A DNA stretch of 64,000 nt from Phoronis australis (GCA_002633005.1 NMRA01000493.1:173647-237646), one strand, 5' to 3'. Counted from the first letter of the stretch, positions 37,640 through 50,912 are shown. The notes: a model not told the origin generated them from the letters alone. Numbers and translations: made by a program.

Positions 37640-40632
37640 ACGAACATCATGCAAAGGAATCAGGATCTGCAGCCATGGTTGCAAAAAATACAAAATCACC
37701 ACAAGGGAATGCCACAGGTATCAGAACGGTTCAAAAATCATTGTCAGCTGTGGTCTTCTCATCAGGAGTGCTATGATTCATAAAGATCTGCACTTTTGGC
37801 AGATAAAGAGGCAAACTATAAAAATGAACTCAAAATCATAAAAATAATAACAAGGTGATGCAAAATATATTGAATCTGTCCGAAAATCGAAAGGCATAGT
37901 TGTGGCCTCAACAGAAACCATGTAAAAATTATTAAAATGGCCACTAGATGGCACAGAAAACATCAAATCTGTCCAAAAATGGAGTGAAACCTATTTGCCA
38001 AATTTCATGAAAATACATTTTGTGAACTCCAAAGATACAGACTGAGGTAAACGTAAAAAGTATTTTGCTGCTAGGGGGCACAGTGGCATTTATATTAGTT
38101 CGACATTTGTTATTGTTTGTGCTCGGCTCCCTAGGAACACATCTTTCAAATGTCACAAAGCCCTTTCAAAGGGTTAAGGAGATTCGGTCTCAGACACAAA
38201 AAGTAAAATCACCACTAAGGGGTTGGTAGTCAGACCTGTCCAAAAATAAACTTCTGTCGTGGCCTTCTAATCAGGTACACATCTGTAAATTCTAATAATG
38301 ATCCTTTAAGCAGTATGGCATTTGGGGAAGTGGACGCCAGAAAATGGACGCAAAGATAACAAAAACGAACAGCAGGTGGCACAGAAAACATCCAATCTGT
38401 CCCAAAATGAGAAGGGGTTGTCGTCTCCTTATTAGAAACCTATTTGCCAAATTTCACGAAAATACGTTTTTGAAATCCGAAGGTACAGAGGCAAACGTAA
38501 AACAAACATTAAGCCACTAGAGGGCACAATCTGGATCAGTTTGACACTTGTTACAGTTTGTCGACGGCTCCATAGGAATACATCTTTCAAATTTCACAAA
38601 CCTCCCTCAAAGGGTTAAGGAAATTGGGCCACAGACAAAAATAAAATCACCACTAGGGGGCGACACAGAAGTCGGGCCTGTCCAAAAGTCAATGTCAGTC
38701 GTGGCCTTCTTCGTCAGCAACGCATCTGCAAATTTTCGTAATGATCCTTTGAGCAGTATGGCAGATAGAAACGCATCATAGTCTAACCTTGTTATTGCCC
38801 GGGCTGTGCTTCCTCGGATGGGCGATGTCAGCATTCCGTGCTGCCATTATGGCGTTTTTTGCATGCCCATCTTGCAGAGTCTTAGTTAGTTTTATCTATT
38901 ACGTCATAATAAATGACAATATTCAATCCTCCTCTTGTTTTACTCTGCAACATAGCTCGTGGCGTACCCCGGGCAAAATAGATTACGATAAATTAAATTT
39001 AACTTGTTAAATGCATTTATCGTCATTATTTTGACACTTGTCTCTGTATTTTGAGACCAGTCCTTAGGGTTTATTTTGCATTACTCATCTCTGTTTATAG
39101 CCTCTAGGGCCTACTTTTGTATTCATACGTTTCTCTACTCAACTCCTGATTGGACGCCCATATTTCCTTTGTTCTGTTCAACGTGGTCTCTCATTCAGCC
39201 ACCTACCTCGTCATCTACAAGACCTACGTTCGTTCTCTTCATTTTTTCCCCACCCCCCATCCCGGGTGTCGGTTCCACTTTCTCTTTGCTTGTATACATT
39301 TCCTGTTAGGTTTTTTTCAAGTTTTGTTTTCATGTTCTGTACTTTTCCTTTAAGCCCTTCAGGCAGTTTTTTTGTTTTGTTCCCTCTTGCAGGGCTATTC
39401 ATTGTACACGCCTGTGGGCGTTTTTTGCATGCCCATCTGCAATTTTTTTGCATGCCCATCTTGCAGAGTCTTAGTTAGTTTTATCTATTACGTCATAATA
39501 AATGACAATATTCAATCCTCCTCTTGTTTTACTCTGCAACATAGCTCGTGGCGTACCCCGGGCAAAATAGATTACGATAAATAACAAAAATGCCCACAAG
39601 GGGCGTAAAATTTGACAAATCCGTCCGAAAATGGAATGGCATCAGATTCCATATTAAAAACCTATGTGTCGAGTTTCATGACAATCCGTAAAGGAACTCG
39701 GAAGATATAGAGGCAAATGTAAAAAACTAAAATTGCCACTAGGGGACACAGCGGTATTCAGGTCGGTCCGAAACTGGCTCATCTTCACCTGTCGTCAACC
39801 ACAAAGGAACACAAATTTCAATAAGATCCGGCAAGGGGCTTAGGAGATACAGCTGCATACACTGGACACACAGATAGAGATGATGGCAATATACACCTAC
39901 ATATAAATATGTGGGCGCAAAAAAAATGGGAAGGCTTCATCTCTCTAAACTTCATGTAAGACCATCAAGGAACTCGGGAGATACAGAGGCAAACGGAAAA
40001 ACTAATACTGCCACTAGGGGGCAAAACTGCAGCCCAATTGGTGTGACATCATTCATTAACATCTCCACAGGAACACATCTGCCACATTTTACAAAGATCG
40101 TTCAAAGAGCTAAGGAGATAGTCATGGGCACAAAAAATGTCACTAAGGGTTGGCACAGCAGTCAAACCCGTTCGAAAATCAGGGTCAGCTGTGGTCTTCT
40201 CATCAGAACACATCTGCCAATTATCATGATCCTTTGAGCAGTTTGGCGGATAGGAAGGGGATGTAAAAAACGTACTTGAACTTCTTAAAAATTGCCACCA
40301 GGTGGCACAGAATACGTCTAGTCCTTCCAAAAACAGGAAGGTGTCATTGTCTAATAAATGGAAACTTATCTGCTAAATGTCACCCACATCCATCAAGGAA
40401 CTATAAAGATACAGAGGCAAATGTAATAAAAACAAAAATTGCCAGTAGGGAGCAGAGCAGTAGTCAAATCGATCTGAATCTCGTAGTTGGCTGTCATACG
40501 CTTAACAGAAACACATCTGTCAATTCTCACTACAATCCTACAAGGAATTTAGGAGATACAGCCGTAGACGGCGGATGCCCACAGATGACAGCAATATGAA
40601 CCCACATAAGAAATATGTGGGCGCATAAAAAT
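37640..40632 (-). mobile_element. Cluster of HINE-like elements with tandem ~110-160-bp cores, interrupted by an insertion at ~38783-39582
   Basis: Minus-strand heads such as ATTTTTATGCGCCCACATAT...ATGTGGG (hairpin) followed by GTC-rich sequence and CTGTATCTCCTAA end at ~40632 and ~39925. The core units are repeated. Confidence 0.6.
38856..39582. repeat. Exact ~137-bp direct duplication (38856-38992 and 39446-39582)
   Basis: TTTTTGCATGCCCATCTTGCAGAG...CCCCGGGCAAAATAGATTACGATAAAT occurs twice, apparently identical. Confidence 0.9.
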
Positions 40633-41659
40633 GAACGGTTTTCGCTGTCAATAATGCAGTGAAAGTGAGGACTTTTCGTGCACTATGCAAGGACGCTTAT
40701 CATCATGTATTTTTGTGGCCTAAAATTTCCTGTGTTTATACAACAGAGCAAATGATTGATGCTCTGTCTCTCAAACCATGTCAAAAATGGCGGCTGCAGA
40801 GTCAACTTGTTCCGTGTCAGTCGTTTTTACACACGAACTTGTGCCCAATCAGCTTTTCCATGTTAGTTGCTCCGTGACAACTGTTTCTCGTGTAAACAAG
40901 GCTTTTGGACAAGAGCTCCCAGCAAACTCTTAGAATTGTCCTAATTGCCCTTTACCAACCTCATGCTTGCCAAATGAATAATCAATTAAAGACATAATTA
41001 GGGTAGCCATCAATAGTAATGTAAAAATTCATATAATACCTGAAAATAACATTTTTGAAAAAAAATTCCACAAACGTTCACAATTTAGCGTCAACTGGGT
41101 TAATTATCCAATAGATTATGCTGCTCAAGATTAGATCTCAATACTGTCTTACACTCAAGAGTGAGTCACATAGGCAATGTCTAGGCATAGCAAGCTTTTA
41201 CAGTTTCACTAATTTCAAACCAAAAAAATGCCACAATTGATACTTCTTCATATTCCACAGGTTACAGTATTTATTTGTCAAGGCTACAGTATATGTAGTG
41301 GCTACGGTACACAACTTTCACACGATAAAGCCTTTTATTATAGTTGGTGTTACTTATTCTTTTATAAAAACAAAAAAAAAGTAATATTCCTCTTGTCCGC
41401 TATATTGTGTTCCAAATTGGCCAGCTGTTACAGTAAACATGAATATGACTGCAATGCTTAAAGCTGAATGCACCGTTTCCATGACAGCCACCACCTGCAC
41501 AAACTAATCAGCTCTAGATAAATCCGTTTATTGATAAAACACATGGGCAAATCAGCCACACAAAGCAAGTTCACCGAATGGTCAGTTTCCAAACAAGAGC
41601 AACGCGGAGCGTTGAAATGCGCCCACGAAGGCATCGCAAATGGTGTGCTTTTAGGGTTA

Positions 41660-42893
41660 TTTATTTGTATCATAAAAATGGCCACTAGAAGGCGCAAAAA
41701 CGTACAATCCATCCAAAAACAGGATCATGCCATATTTCACAAAATCTGTCAAGGAACTTCATAGAAACAAAGGAAAACAGAACAAAATGAACTTGCCACA
41801 TGTGGGCACAGCGTCCGTTCGATCGGCCTGACAGTCATCGTCTGTTATCTTCACATAAATTCACTTACTTAATTTAATAAAGATCCTGCAGTGTGTTTTG
41901 TAGGTACAGTTATAAGCGAAAAACAAAACAAAACTACCACTAGGAAGCGCCACAGTAATCAGTCGCCACCATCAAACGTCCTCTTCACACTGAAAACATA
42001 TACGCCAATTTTCAAAACCATCCCCAGAATGATTTGGTTAATCGAGGGGTGGACACCAAAAACAAGATTTGAAAACAGCAAAAATGGCCACCAGGTGGCG
42101 CAAAATACCTCAGTTCCATCCAAAAACAGGATGATAGCGTCATCTCACCAATGGATGCCTACATTCAAAATTTTATGAAAATCTGTTGAGGACCTTTGAA
42201 GATACAGACTGGTAAACATAAAAAACTAAAATTGCCACTAGGGGGCACACCAAAAGTCAGATGCCAATTTTAACAATTATCCTGAAAGCACTTTGGTTGA
42301 TAGACGAGTGGACGCCAAAAAATATACTCAAAAACAGCAAAAGTGGCCACTAGAAGGCGCAAACTAGGTCGAATCCATCTCATTAATAGTCTGTATGCTA
42401 AATTTTTTGAAAATACGTTGAGGACCTTTGAACATACAGAGGTAAACGCAAAAAAATGAAATTGCCACTAGGTGGCACATGAGTAGTCAGATCCGTCCGA
42501 AAGTTGTTGTCGTCCATTGTCAACATCATATAAATACACTTACTAAATTTAGTAAAGATCCTTCGGACAGTTTAGAAGATACAGCCATAGGCGCAAAAAA
42601 AAACTGCCACTAGGCGGTGCCACAGTAGTCAAAATCGTCGGAAAATCATCATCCGCCGTCCATTTCATAGTCGGAACATACGTGCCAATTTTCACAACCG
42701 TCCTTTGAGAGGTTTGGTTGATAGAGAGGTGGACGCAAAAAAACAGACTCGAAAACAGTAAAAATGGCCACTAGGTGGCACAAACTATGTTGAATCCATC
42801 CGAAAACGGTATGACAGCGTCATCTCACTAATAGGTGCCAATATACCAAATTTTATGAAAATCCATTCAGGACGCATGTGGACGCATAAAAAT
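41660..42893 (-). mobile_element. HINE-like element with about 9 core repeats
   Basis: Ends GTGGACGCATAAAAAT. Each unit contains (T/G)GCCAC(T/C)AG(G/A)NGGC or a close variant. Confidence 0.6.
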
Positions 42894-42992
42894 CAATTAT
42901 TATAAAACATTAAAACATAGTTTGATTAAACAGGCAAAATGACCATCACCTGTCTGTTTTCAGAAAATCAACGCTGACATAGTCATACTCAC

Positions 42993-43037
42993 TTGTAGGG
43001 ATTCTTCAGTTCTTCCGTGACAAAATTGAGATAATTC
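42993..43037 (-). CDS. SLC7 transporter exon 4 (45 nt)
   Basis: (W)NYLNFVTEELKNPY(K), the SLC7 signature. Acceptor tgtag, donor gtgagt. Confidence 0.92.
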
Positions 43038-43199
43038 CTACAACAGATATTAAACAAGAGCAATGCAAAATGCTAATATGCACCATTTTCAGACAAAATA
43101 ATTGTCAAAATTACCATTCTTTTGTTTTTCAAGAAGGTCCAGCATTGTTGTGAATGAACATAAAGGTGTGTCTCATGGCAGCAGAGGTACAAGGAAAAA

Positions 43200-43520
43200 A
43201 CATTTTGCAGTAATGAACATTTTGTAGCGATGTTGCGTCCTATACTGCAATAATGAACATTGGGAAGCCATTTTGTCCTACATTCTAATAATGAACACTG
43301 GGTAGCCATGTAGTGTTCCAAATTGTAATAAATTAAATGAACATTGGCCAGCCATGTTATGTCCTAAATTATAGTAATGAACATTGGGTAGCCACCTTAT
43401 TTTAATTGTAGTAACAAACATTGGCCAGTCATGTTGTGTTCTAAATTGTAATAAAGAACATTGGGAAGCCATGCTGAGTCTTAAACTGCAGTAATGAATA
43501 TTGGGCAGCCATTGCAATGT
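43200..43520. repeat. ~41-bp degenerate minisatellite (~8 copies)
   Basis: Repeated (G/A)TAATGAACATTGGG(A/T)AGCCAT...CCTA. Confidence 0.75.
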
Positions 43521-43871
43521 GTGCCACCACAAGAGTGTGTTACTCCCAACTTACGAGACAATTATGAGGAAGCTAAAATCGGCATAGACCTGCGTAGTGT
43601 TCAGCAATACTTGCATATTAAAAGAAACTTTGATGCCAACTTCCACAAACAAATCTTGCAAACAGAATCAATTTGGAAGTCATAAAAGTCACATTTTGAC
43701 TATTTCATTCTTAACTAACAACTGTCTGAATGTCACCAACAGCAACTACAACAATATGGGTTTAAAAGGACAGGGCAGGGCAGGCACCACTGTGTCAAAC
43801 CTACATAATGATTGTGATGATCATAATAGCCTCAGCTGGCAAACTAACAAATGACCCCTCTTCAATACATA

Positions 43872-44118
43872 CAGGGCTTGGAATTACCAATGGCAAGGAG
43901 GAAAAATTTCCAGCTGACATATCGTTCTACAATTAAACTGGCTGAGATGATAGAGATGTTATCTGTGCTGTAAAATTTAACAGCAAGAAACATTTTTTAA
44001 ATGAATAAATTCTCAGCAATGATACAAAAGGAGATGAAAAAGAGGAAACTGAAAATCAAATGAGAAAAAGAAACCAAAAAGAAGAAATCCTCTTGAAAGA
44101 GAAAAATTCCAAGCCCTG
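43872..44118. mobile_element. CAGGGCTTGGAAT-terminal MITE with 6-bp TSD (second copy)
   Basis: TACATA|CAGGGCTTGGAATT...AATTCCAAGCCCTG|TACATA. Confidence 0.85.
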
Positions 44119-44940
44119 TACATAACTGTGAACTGGGGACAGTTCATGTGATAGTCTTGAGCAACCCAACTAGTTTCTCTACAGAATGTAGACCCATTAT
44201 TATCTGCCAACAACATATAGTGAATGGCCAATTATCCATGGGCAATTAAATACAACTAAACCAATTTAAAGACTACAAATGCCCCAATTCAGAAACCATT
44301 TTATTGACTTTAGCCACAACTTTGACAATGTTCAGTGTGACCCATAAGCAGATGCAGAAGTTGAACCATTTATATTGGAGCTCTGAATTCACTTAAAGAG
44401 GTCGATTCACAGCTATTTAGTTGTAGTTAATATGTATACACATGTGTTGACTGTTAATAAAGATTGCTTATAAACCATATTTCTTTTTATTTCATATGCC
44501 ATATTCTTCTATTATTCGTGTAAAACACGCTCCCACTTCCCCACAAAATTTCGAGAACAGAAAATTTTCAACTTCGGCTATCTTCGGAAACACGTCACGT
44601 CCGGAAGCGGACCCGATCACTGCCGAGTCTGTCCATAGGTTTGTACTGGGACTATCTGGCACAAATGGAAGCTTTCTGTTTGTTAGAATGGGTTTATTAT
44701 GCAACTTTTGCCAATTAATTCTCTGAAATGTGACACATATGCGCATGGTCTTGTGCGTTGCCATAAACATTTCACAGTAGTTAGCAATGAGTCCTCAATA
44801 AAGTGTTCGAGTACAGCCGCACGTCTTTCGCACTGTCTGTCTACGCACGACGTATCACTGATGTTGTGTGCCAATTGGAATACTTATTTCGACATTAAAC
44901 ACATTTTTATACTTCAACTCGATTAAAAATTTGAAGAACA

Positions 44941-45173
44941 ATGCCGGACTGTTGTGTTATTGGAGGCTGTGACAATGTGTCAGGGTCTGGGCCTGGGGTG
45001 TCATTACATAGGTTTCCCACTAACCCCAGACTGCGTCGCAACTGGGAAGACTTCGTGAGGTCCACGAGAAAATTTAGTGGAGCGTCGCCGTATTCGGTGA
45101 TATGGAGTAAACATTTTTCTGCAGACTGTTTCGAGATCGACAGCCTGCAATCGCAGTATGGTTGGAAACCAAG
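44941..45173 (+). pseudogene. THAP zinc-finger exon (transposase N-terminus)
   Basis: MPDCCVIGGCDN...SLHRFP...W...VIWSKHFSADCF has the THAP C2CH pattern with the third Cys changed to Trp. Donor gtaagt; no further exons are present in the element. Confidence 0.8.
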
Positions 45174-45741
45174 GTAAGTGAAATTTTAGGTAATATTCAA
45201 AACTGTACATGCTGTCGCTTTGCGGAAGCTAGTAGGCCTTGGGCCACACTAGTAAGCGAACAACATTACTAGTGGCGTATAACATCGAAGGACACTGTCG
45301 GAAGCCGCTTTTCTTTTGAATTACGATTTTTGCAAGATAATTGTGTGTAGTTGCTTGAATGCTACTTACCTGTCGTATTTTTGCATTTAAATAAACATTA
45401 TGGGGATTAAATTAATTCGAGTGCGGGTGACTTTTAATGGTTTCGACCCCCTCTCTGTTCAGTAATTACTTAAAATAGATATAAAATCAAAAATAAGCTT
45501 TTGTTATAAAATACAAATTGCAATCCATAACCTACAACAAAACTTATCCCACCTTGCTTTCAACCTACGCAAATCAAGAAACGTAGGACAAAACGGCAAA
45601 TAGTCTTGCATATCGCAGTTTATCCGTCTACCAGTCCCGATGTTTGAAATTGCTTTTTATTTAACTTGAAGTATTATAAATAAATCGAAAATAAACATAT
45701 TCGCATTCAAACTCGCGGCATTGTTTTTGTTTTCCACCTAA

Positions 45742-45990
45742 CATGATAAAACGTCTGAAGTTATGCGGTCATTGTCTTCGGGACGCGCCGCTGTCTCTCA
45801 TCCAAAGCGACCGGGACACTTGTAGGCACTGGTTCGAAGTTCGAACCTACAGGGCCCGTTTATGTTGTCAAGAACACGCTCACGATGGTCGTTGTGCATA
45901 TTGTCTGTGTCCGACGCTTCATCGTTACAAAAGATTTTCTAAAATTTCCTCGTCATTGGAAGACTCGTCGCTAAAGCTTTCGTAATCCAT
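45742..45990 (-). pseudogene. KolX / P2X7-tail-like accessory gene, first exon (frameshifted)
   Basis: Acidic start MDYESFSDESSNDEE, then GP(C)RFEP (PYxFEP-like, containing a 7-bp TTCGAAC duplication), then DRITSDVLS before a degenerate donor. Confidence 0.5.
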
Positions 45991-46838
45991 GTTGGTTTCT
46001 GCCTTGTGTGACTGCGGTTTACCAGCCGAGTTCATTCCTACAACACAGATGTCTTCCGGACTCGACATCACAGATGCTTATGTAACCGCCTAGTCTGTTT
46101 TCAGAATTGACTCAGCTGAAGTCGGAGAAGGTCATTACTGCTGGGCTTATCTAATTAATCAAGCTGTGCGGACAGTAACTAGTCCAAGTAACGGGCTCCT
46201 GCAATGCTATTCTTTGAGTTTAAAAGCAGTTGTTTTGGTGTGAAACTATGTCTTTAATGCTTTGACTTGATTTACCCTTATCTGCTTAAGTCATTTCATC
46301 TCCACATCTACACTACAAAGACCGAATGACACTGCGCCATCTGCTGGATAAATCAGATGCATATGTACATCTCCCGTTCTTGTCAAGAACTTCCTTACAT
46401 TTCTTTATACACACTGATAAAATGGTGGGTACTTGGGATTGTTTGGGCAGGGTTTTTCAAAGTTTTGCTATAATAGTTAGCATATAAAAAGGTATAAAAT
46501 CAGAGAGTAACAAACCTGAATTAACGCAGGAAATCTGGGACGAAGGTTCAGACAAAGGATCTTAGATTTGCACATGGCCAAGTATACGTCATTTCCACAT
46601 TTCAGTCAAACAGATCAGTTTGTGCATTCACACTTGGAAAGGTACATATCTGCTTTACATAGTTAAATCAGTTCCAAAACATCTTCTCCAGAGGCTTCAG
46701 GTTGAATCCATTTATTATGCTAAACCGCCTGTGTTAAAACACACTTCCTGACATTTCACCCACAAACCAAGTTCGAAACCCAAAGTAAATGGGGTATAAG
46801 ACTAAGTGGACTCAATGAATAGTAAAGCCAGAACTTAC

Positions 46839-46938
46839 CACCCAGCATAGGAGAACATGCCAGAATAGAAGGCCAGAGCAAATGCACCGGGCTGTGAGGC
46901 TGAATTTTCAAATGTATTCTGCAGGTTTTCCGTTTTAC
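46839..46938 (-). CDS. SLC7 transporter exon 3
   Basis: GKTENLQNTFENSASQPGAFALAFYSGMFSYAG(W). Acceptor accag, donor gtaagt, 100 nt. Confidence 0.92.
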
Positions 46939-48228
46939 CTGGTGGTTAACAAAAATCGAATCTCAACAAACAATGCACAAAACTGTAGCATGTCACTTCA
47001 TTGTGACAGAATGACCCAGACTTCATTGATCACTTCAACTGATGGGAACTCGATTTCACTAGATGGGGCTAGTGCAGCAAAGGACCTATTCACAGAAATG
47101 CAGGCCATCGGGTAACCAAGCCACACGAACGCTTCCATGATGACGAAGTGTTTTCTGCTCTTAATTAATTCAAATGGTAAAAAGAGGAACCTTTCTTGGT
47201 GTACATAGAGTCCCCCTTTAGTTGTACACAGAGCCTTCAATAGACCTGAAAGTTGAAACACTCTTCATAACAATGTTCAATGTAACAATTGTAAATCATG
47301 GCTCGACATAACGAGCCGCAGGTCACACGATCTGAAATTTGGAAATGTTAACTGGGATTTTTGCAAGCTAATATCAAGTTGCAAAATGAGACCTGGAATT
47401 TCCAACGTATGCGAGCTGAGTTTTTACACTTCTCAGCAGATAACTGGCAAATATAAAACAACTGGTGTGAATCCGACCGTTATTTGGTTGTTGCCAACCA
47501 GTAGAAAATTAGAAATACACCTTAGTGTGTACCATATATGCGACACAGGTCATACGCCGTTGGCTCAATATTTATCTGAGTAAGTCAACTTCCATTTAAA
47601 TGGCGAACAATTTTCTTCGGGAACCGGAATTTAATAAACATGGACCAGACAGTGTTTCAAAACCCAGAGGGACCCGACTAAGGATAATCCAATTTGAACA
47701 AGTGTCTCGTTTGACCCATCTGGCATCATCTTTATCCGGGACTCATTTCACATGGTCCGTTACATACGCCATCTGTGGTATTAACCCATGTAACCTTAGA
47801 TACTTACTGCAATAGCTGTTAGTTCAGTTGAGTGAGAACACTGGCAAGTTACTGCGGTTGCTCGTTTCAACTATCTTAAGGTACTGCAAGCTGGTCGTTT
47901 ATTCTGGTTTAAGCAATGGGAAACTAACTTATCAAACAGCGGAATCGAAGTTCTCTGTAAGGGGTTTCGATGACGAGCTTTGTACCCAAGTGTGACAGCA
48001 TAGAAGGCACTGGTAAAGCAATTGAACATCTTGGTCTGGAACTTCCCAATTACAAATCTGAGAATGAGAGATGAGCTTTCCAGAATATCATAAATTATAG
48101 GTCAATAGTGAAAATTATATGCACAGCAGGAATTACACAACCAATGGGTAAAACATTTTGTTTTTGTTGTTTCAAGGTTCACTTGTTTGTCACACTGTGT
48201 GCTAACAAATCACCATATAGCGACTTAC

Positions 48229-48354
48229 CCATAGCCAAACGGACAATACCAGCTATGATGATGATGATGAGGGCCAACACCTTGGTCACAGTAAACACAT
48301 CTTGGACACGGGCCGCCCACTTCACATTCCAACAGTTAATTAGTGTGAGAAGCG
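48229..48354 (-). CDS. SLC7 transporter exon 2
   Basis: [41 protein letters not shown]. Acceptor tacag, donor gtaagt, 126 nt. Confidence 0.93.
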
Positions 48355-48719
48355 CTGTAACAGAGAACACACACCGCGTTCACACAATACTTTTTTAGCT
48401 AGTGCAAATTGAGGCTATACAAATATTTGTGTAAATAGGGCCGGAGGTCTAATCTTTGCACTTGAAAAAAACTTTTAAATTATTACTGGCATATTCTACT
48501 TTTCTGTGAACTCAGGAAACAATGTGCTCATGAATATTTTGGTGAATGTGTATGCCTGTCTGATACTCATCTGCACTTGATGACACTAGCAGTAAAGCTA
48601 TACATTCAAATCTGAAGTCAAAATCTCAAATTTTACTCCAGTTTGTAGCTCAAATCTAGGAATCAAGAAACTCACTAGTGTGTAAACCGTAATGTACTCA
48701 AGCACTAAATAATACATTT

Positions 48720-48932
48720 TTTTAAAGGAAACATGCTTTAGCCAAGGGCTAATATACAGCATGGTCCTCTATAGGTTCTCATTCAGTCCCTTGCACACAT
48801 TAAAAATAAGACCGGAGCTCAGAGGAATAGGAGACATCTTTGTGCATGCTCGAATGTCAGCCAGTGAAGCCAGGACTTGAACCCAGGTCTCTCATTTGGG
48901 AGTCTGGAGCTCTAACCATTGAGCCACACTGT
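48720..48932 (-). mobile_element. tRNA-derived SINE
   Basis: The minus strand reads GTGGCTCAATGGTTAGAGC (A box) ... GGTTCAAGTCC (B box), followed by a non-tRNA body. The 3' boundary is approximate. Confidence 0.6.
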
Positions 48933-50481
48933 CTCTGCCTTAAGATCAACCAGTTTTGCATTATTTCACTCTTTCATTAGAAAACACATACTAAAAGAAA
49001 ACTTTTGTTCCTCTGTGGCTCAAACAAGTTGTACAAGAACTGAATTATGAAAACCCATGCACTAGTGGAGCATAGAAATATACAGGGAAGTGTCCTTTCG
49101 CTGATGAACTTGTTGTGCACTCCTCTCAGAAGCAGTCTCAAGTGGACCACATTTGAACAGCTGGCTCAACAGTATTGGGTATTCATGGACACTGTGGTCA
49201 ACAACACCCTCACCCACACTTAAGAACTAAGAACAGTTAAGCATTGCTCTTCTTGTTTATTCATTGAGGTGAAAGAAGGATTGGTCAAATCTGAGGACCT
49301 TGTGAGAAATTAAGAACAGTTCACCTATAACCTTTCATTGCCATGTCATCAAAGTGGGTTATGTGGTACAGAGTGGATGTCTCAGAGCTTCTTCCAAACA
49401 TTGCTTCATTAACTCACTTCGTCTTTAAGGTGTTAATAGTGCTAGCAGCATACTGGTATTTAATATGTAGTTTTGAAAGTTATTTTCCCCTATGGGTATT
49501 TACTAACAACTCCATTGTTCTGTGAACCAGTCTTGGTATTGCCTTCATAAACCAAGCAGTGTCACAACAGCAATACAACACATGTGGACGCCAAAGGCGT
49601 AGCTAAGCTGATAAACCTGCTATGTGACAACAAGTCATCTTCATTCTCTTATTAATTTTACAAGAAAATGCTGGACGTAATAGTGACTTAGTTTTTATTT
49701 TTTACCTTAGTCAATACTTGCTTACGTGATCATTGGCAGTACAGCACTGAAATAAATGGGCTGTAGCCCCCAAGCCCTCTATGTTGCATGCTGCCCATGT
49801 CCATGGGTGGTGCAGCACCGAAATAAAAGGGGGGGCTATAGCTCCCAGCTCACTAGGGTGGGCTGCCAATGTTGATACAAAATAAAAGAGCATTATCATA
49901 AAAAGCAGTGCTAGTGCAGTACTAAAACAAACGTCAAAAAACGGTCCAAGTAAAAGACAGCAAAAATACCCCTCTTACTAAAATCGTCACGAAAATTCCC
50001 TTTTCTCCCTAGGTTAATGAGGGCCCTGTACTCAACAGCCGAGAGTCTACACTAAACACCCAACAATCTTACCGAATATCAGTCTGTGTGTATGTAACTG
50101 AGCAAAAGTGCACCTCACAATTACTTTCACCTCAGTCGTCTGTCGGTTTGTGCATTACGAGTTACTTTAGAACAGGTTAACCTACCTCAATGAGGTGAAG
50201 TCACCAAATGTGTAAAGTAGTCCCAGAACACAAGAACATCAACTCATTCTAAGAGCAAGTTGTTCCGGGGCTACCTTGTAGTGGATGACATTTTGGACTT
50301 TGTACATGTTTCTCTGAATTTAGCTGAACTGAATTGTATTAAGGTTTCTTGGAGCACTAAGAAATAAAAAGTCGGGAGACCCTAATCATTTAGTTCCCTT
50401 TTTCGCCACAGTTTCCGAACTATGGAAAACAAAAATTCTATATTGTCAAATTCTGTGCAATAATAGCCACCATCACACAAT

Positions 50482-50912
50482 AGTGCCATTTACACCACAA
50501 AAGTTGACACGGATCAGCTGACACGGAACGAGTTGTTCCAGTGTGTAAACGGCACTGACACGGAGCAAATTGACACCGCGGAGACAACTTTTGCCACCCG
50601 TTAGGTAGGTAGAGCAATTTGCGCTCGAACATCTTGCTCCATGTCAATTTAGAATTATACGTCTAAACGCGTAACTGGGGCAAGGCAGAAAGGATCATCT
50701 CTACTGCGCTTGCCTAATGACCTACGTATGGGTTCTTTGTCTCTGCAACTCTCATCATTTGTAAACCTGCGCATGTGCGATCCAGTCTCTCCAGCCAGCA
50801 ATTTCCGTCCTGCCACAGTTAGTGAGTTGTGTGTGTAAACGGGCGCTTGACACTGATCAATTTGTTCCGTGTCAGTTGCGCCAGGCCAAAAGTTGATGTC
50901 TAAACGGGACTT
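50482..50912. mobile_element. Harbinger-like MITE
   Basis: Ends GTGCCATTTACAC...GTCTAAACGGGAC, with inverted subterminal CTGACACGGA(G/A)CAAATTGA motifs. Confidence 0.4.

Larger units (their letters stand above)
44397..46253 (+). mobile_element. Internally deleted Kolobok element
   Basis: TTAA|AGAGGTCGATTCAC...GTGAAACTATGTCT|TTAA (imperfect 14-bp TIR, TTAA TSD). It encloses convergent first exons of a THAP protein and a KolX-like protein. Confidence 0.75.

Noticed and set aside
48865-48932. Functional tRNA gene
   Set aside because: A and B boxes are present, but there is no paired acceptor stem or proper cloverleaf end; it is a SINE head. The same applies to ~25224-25300 and ~5890-5955.
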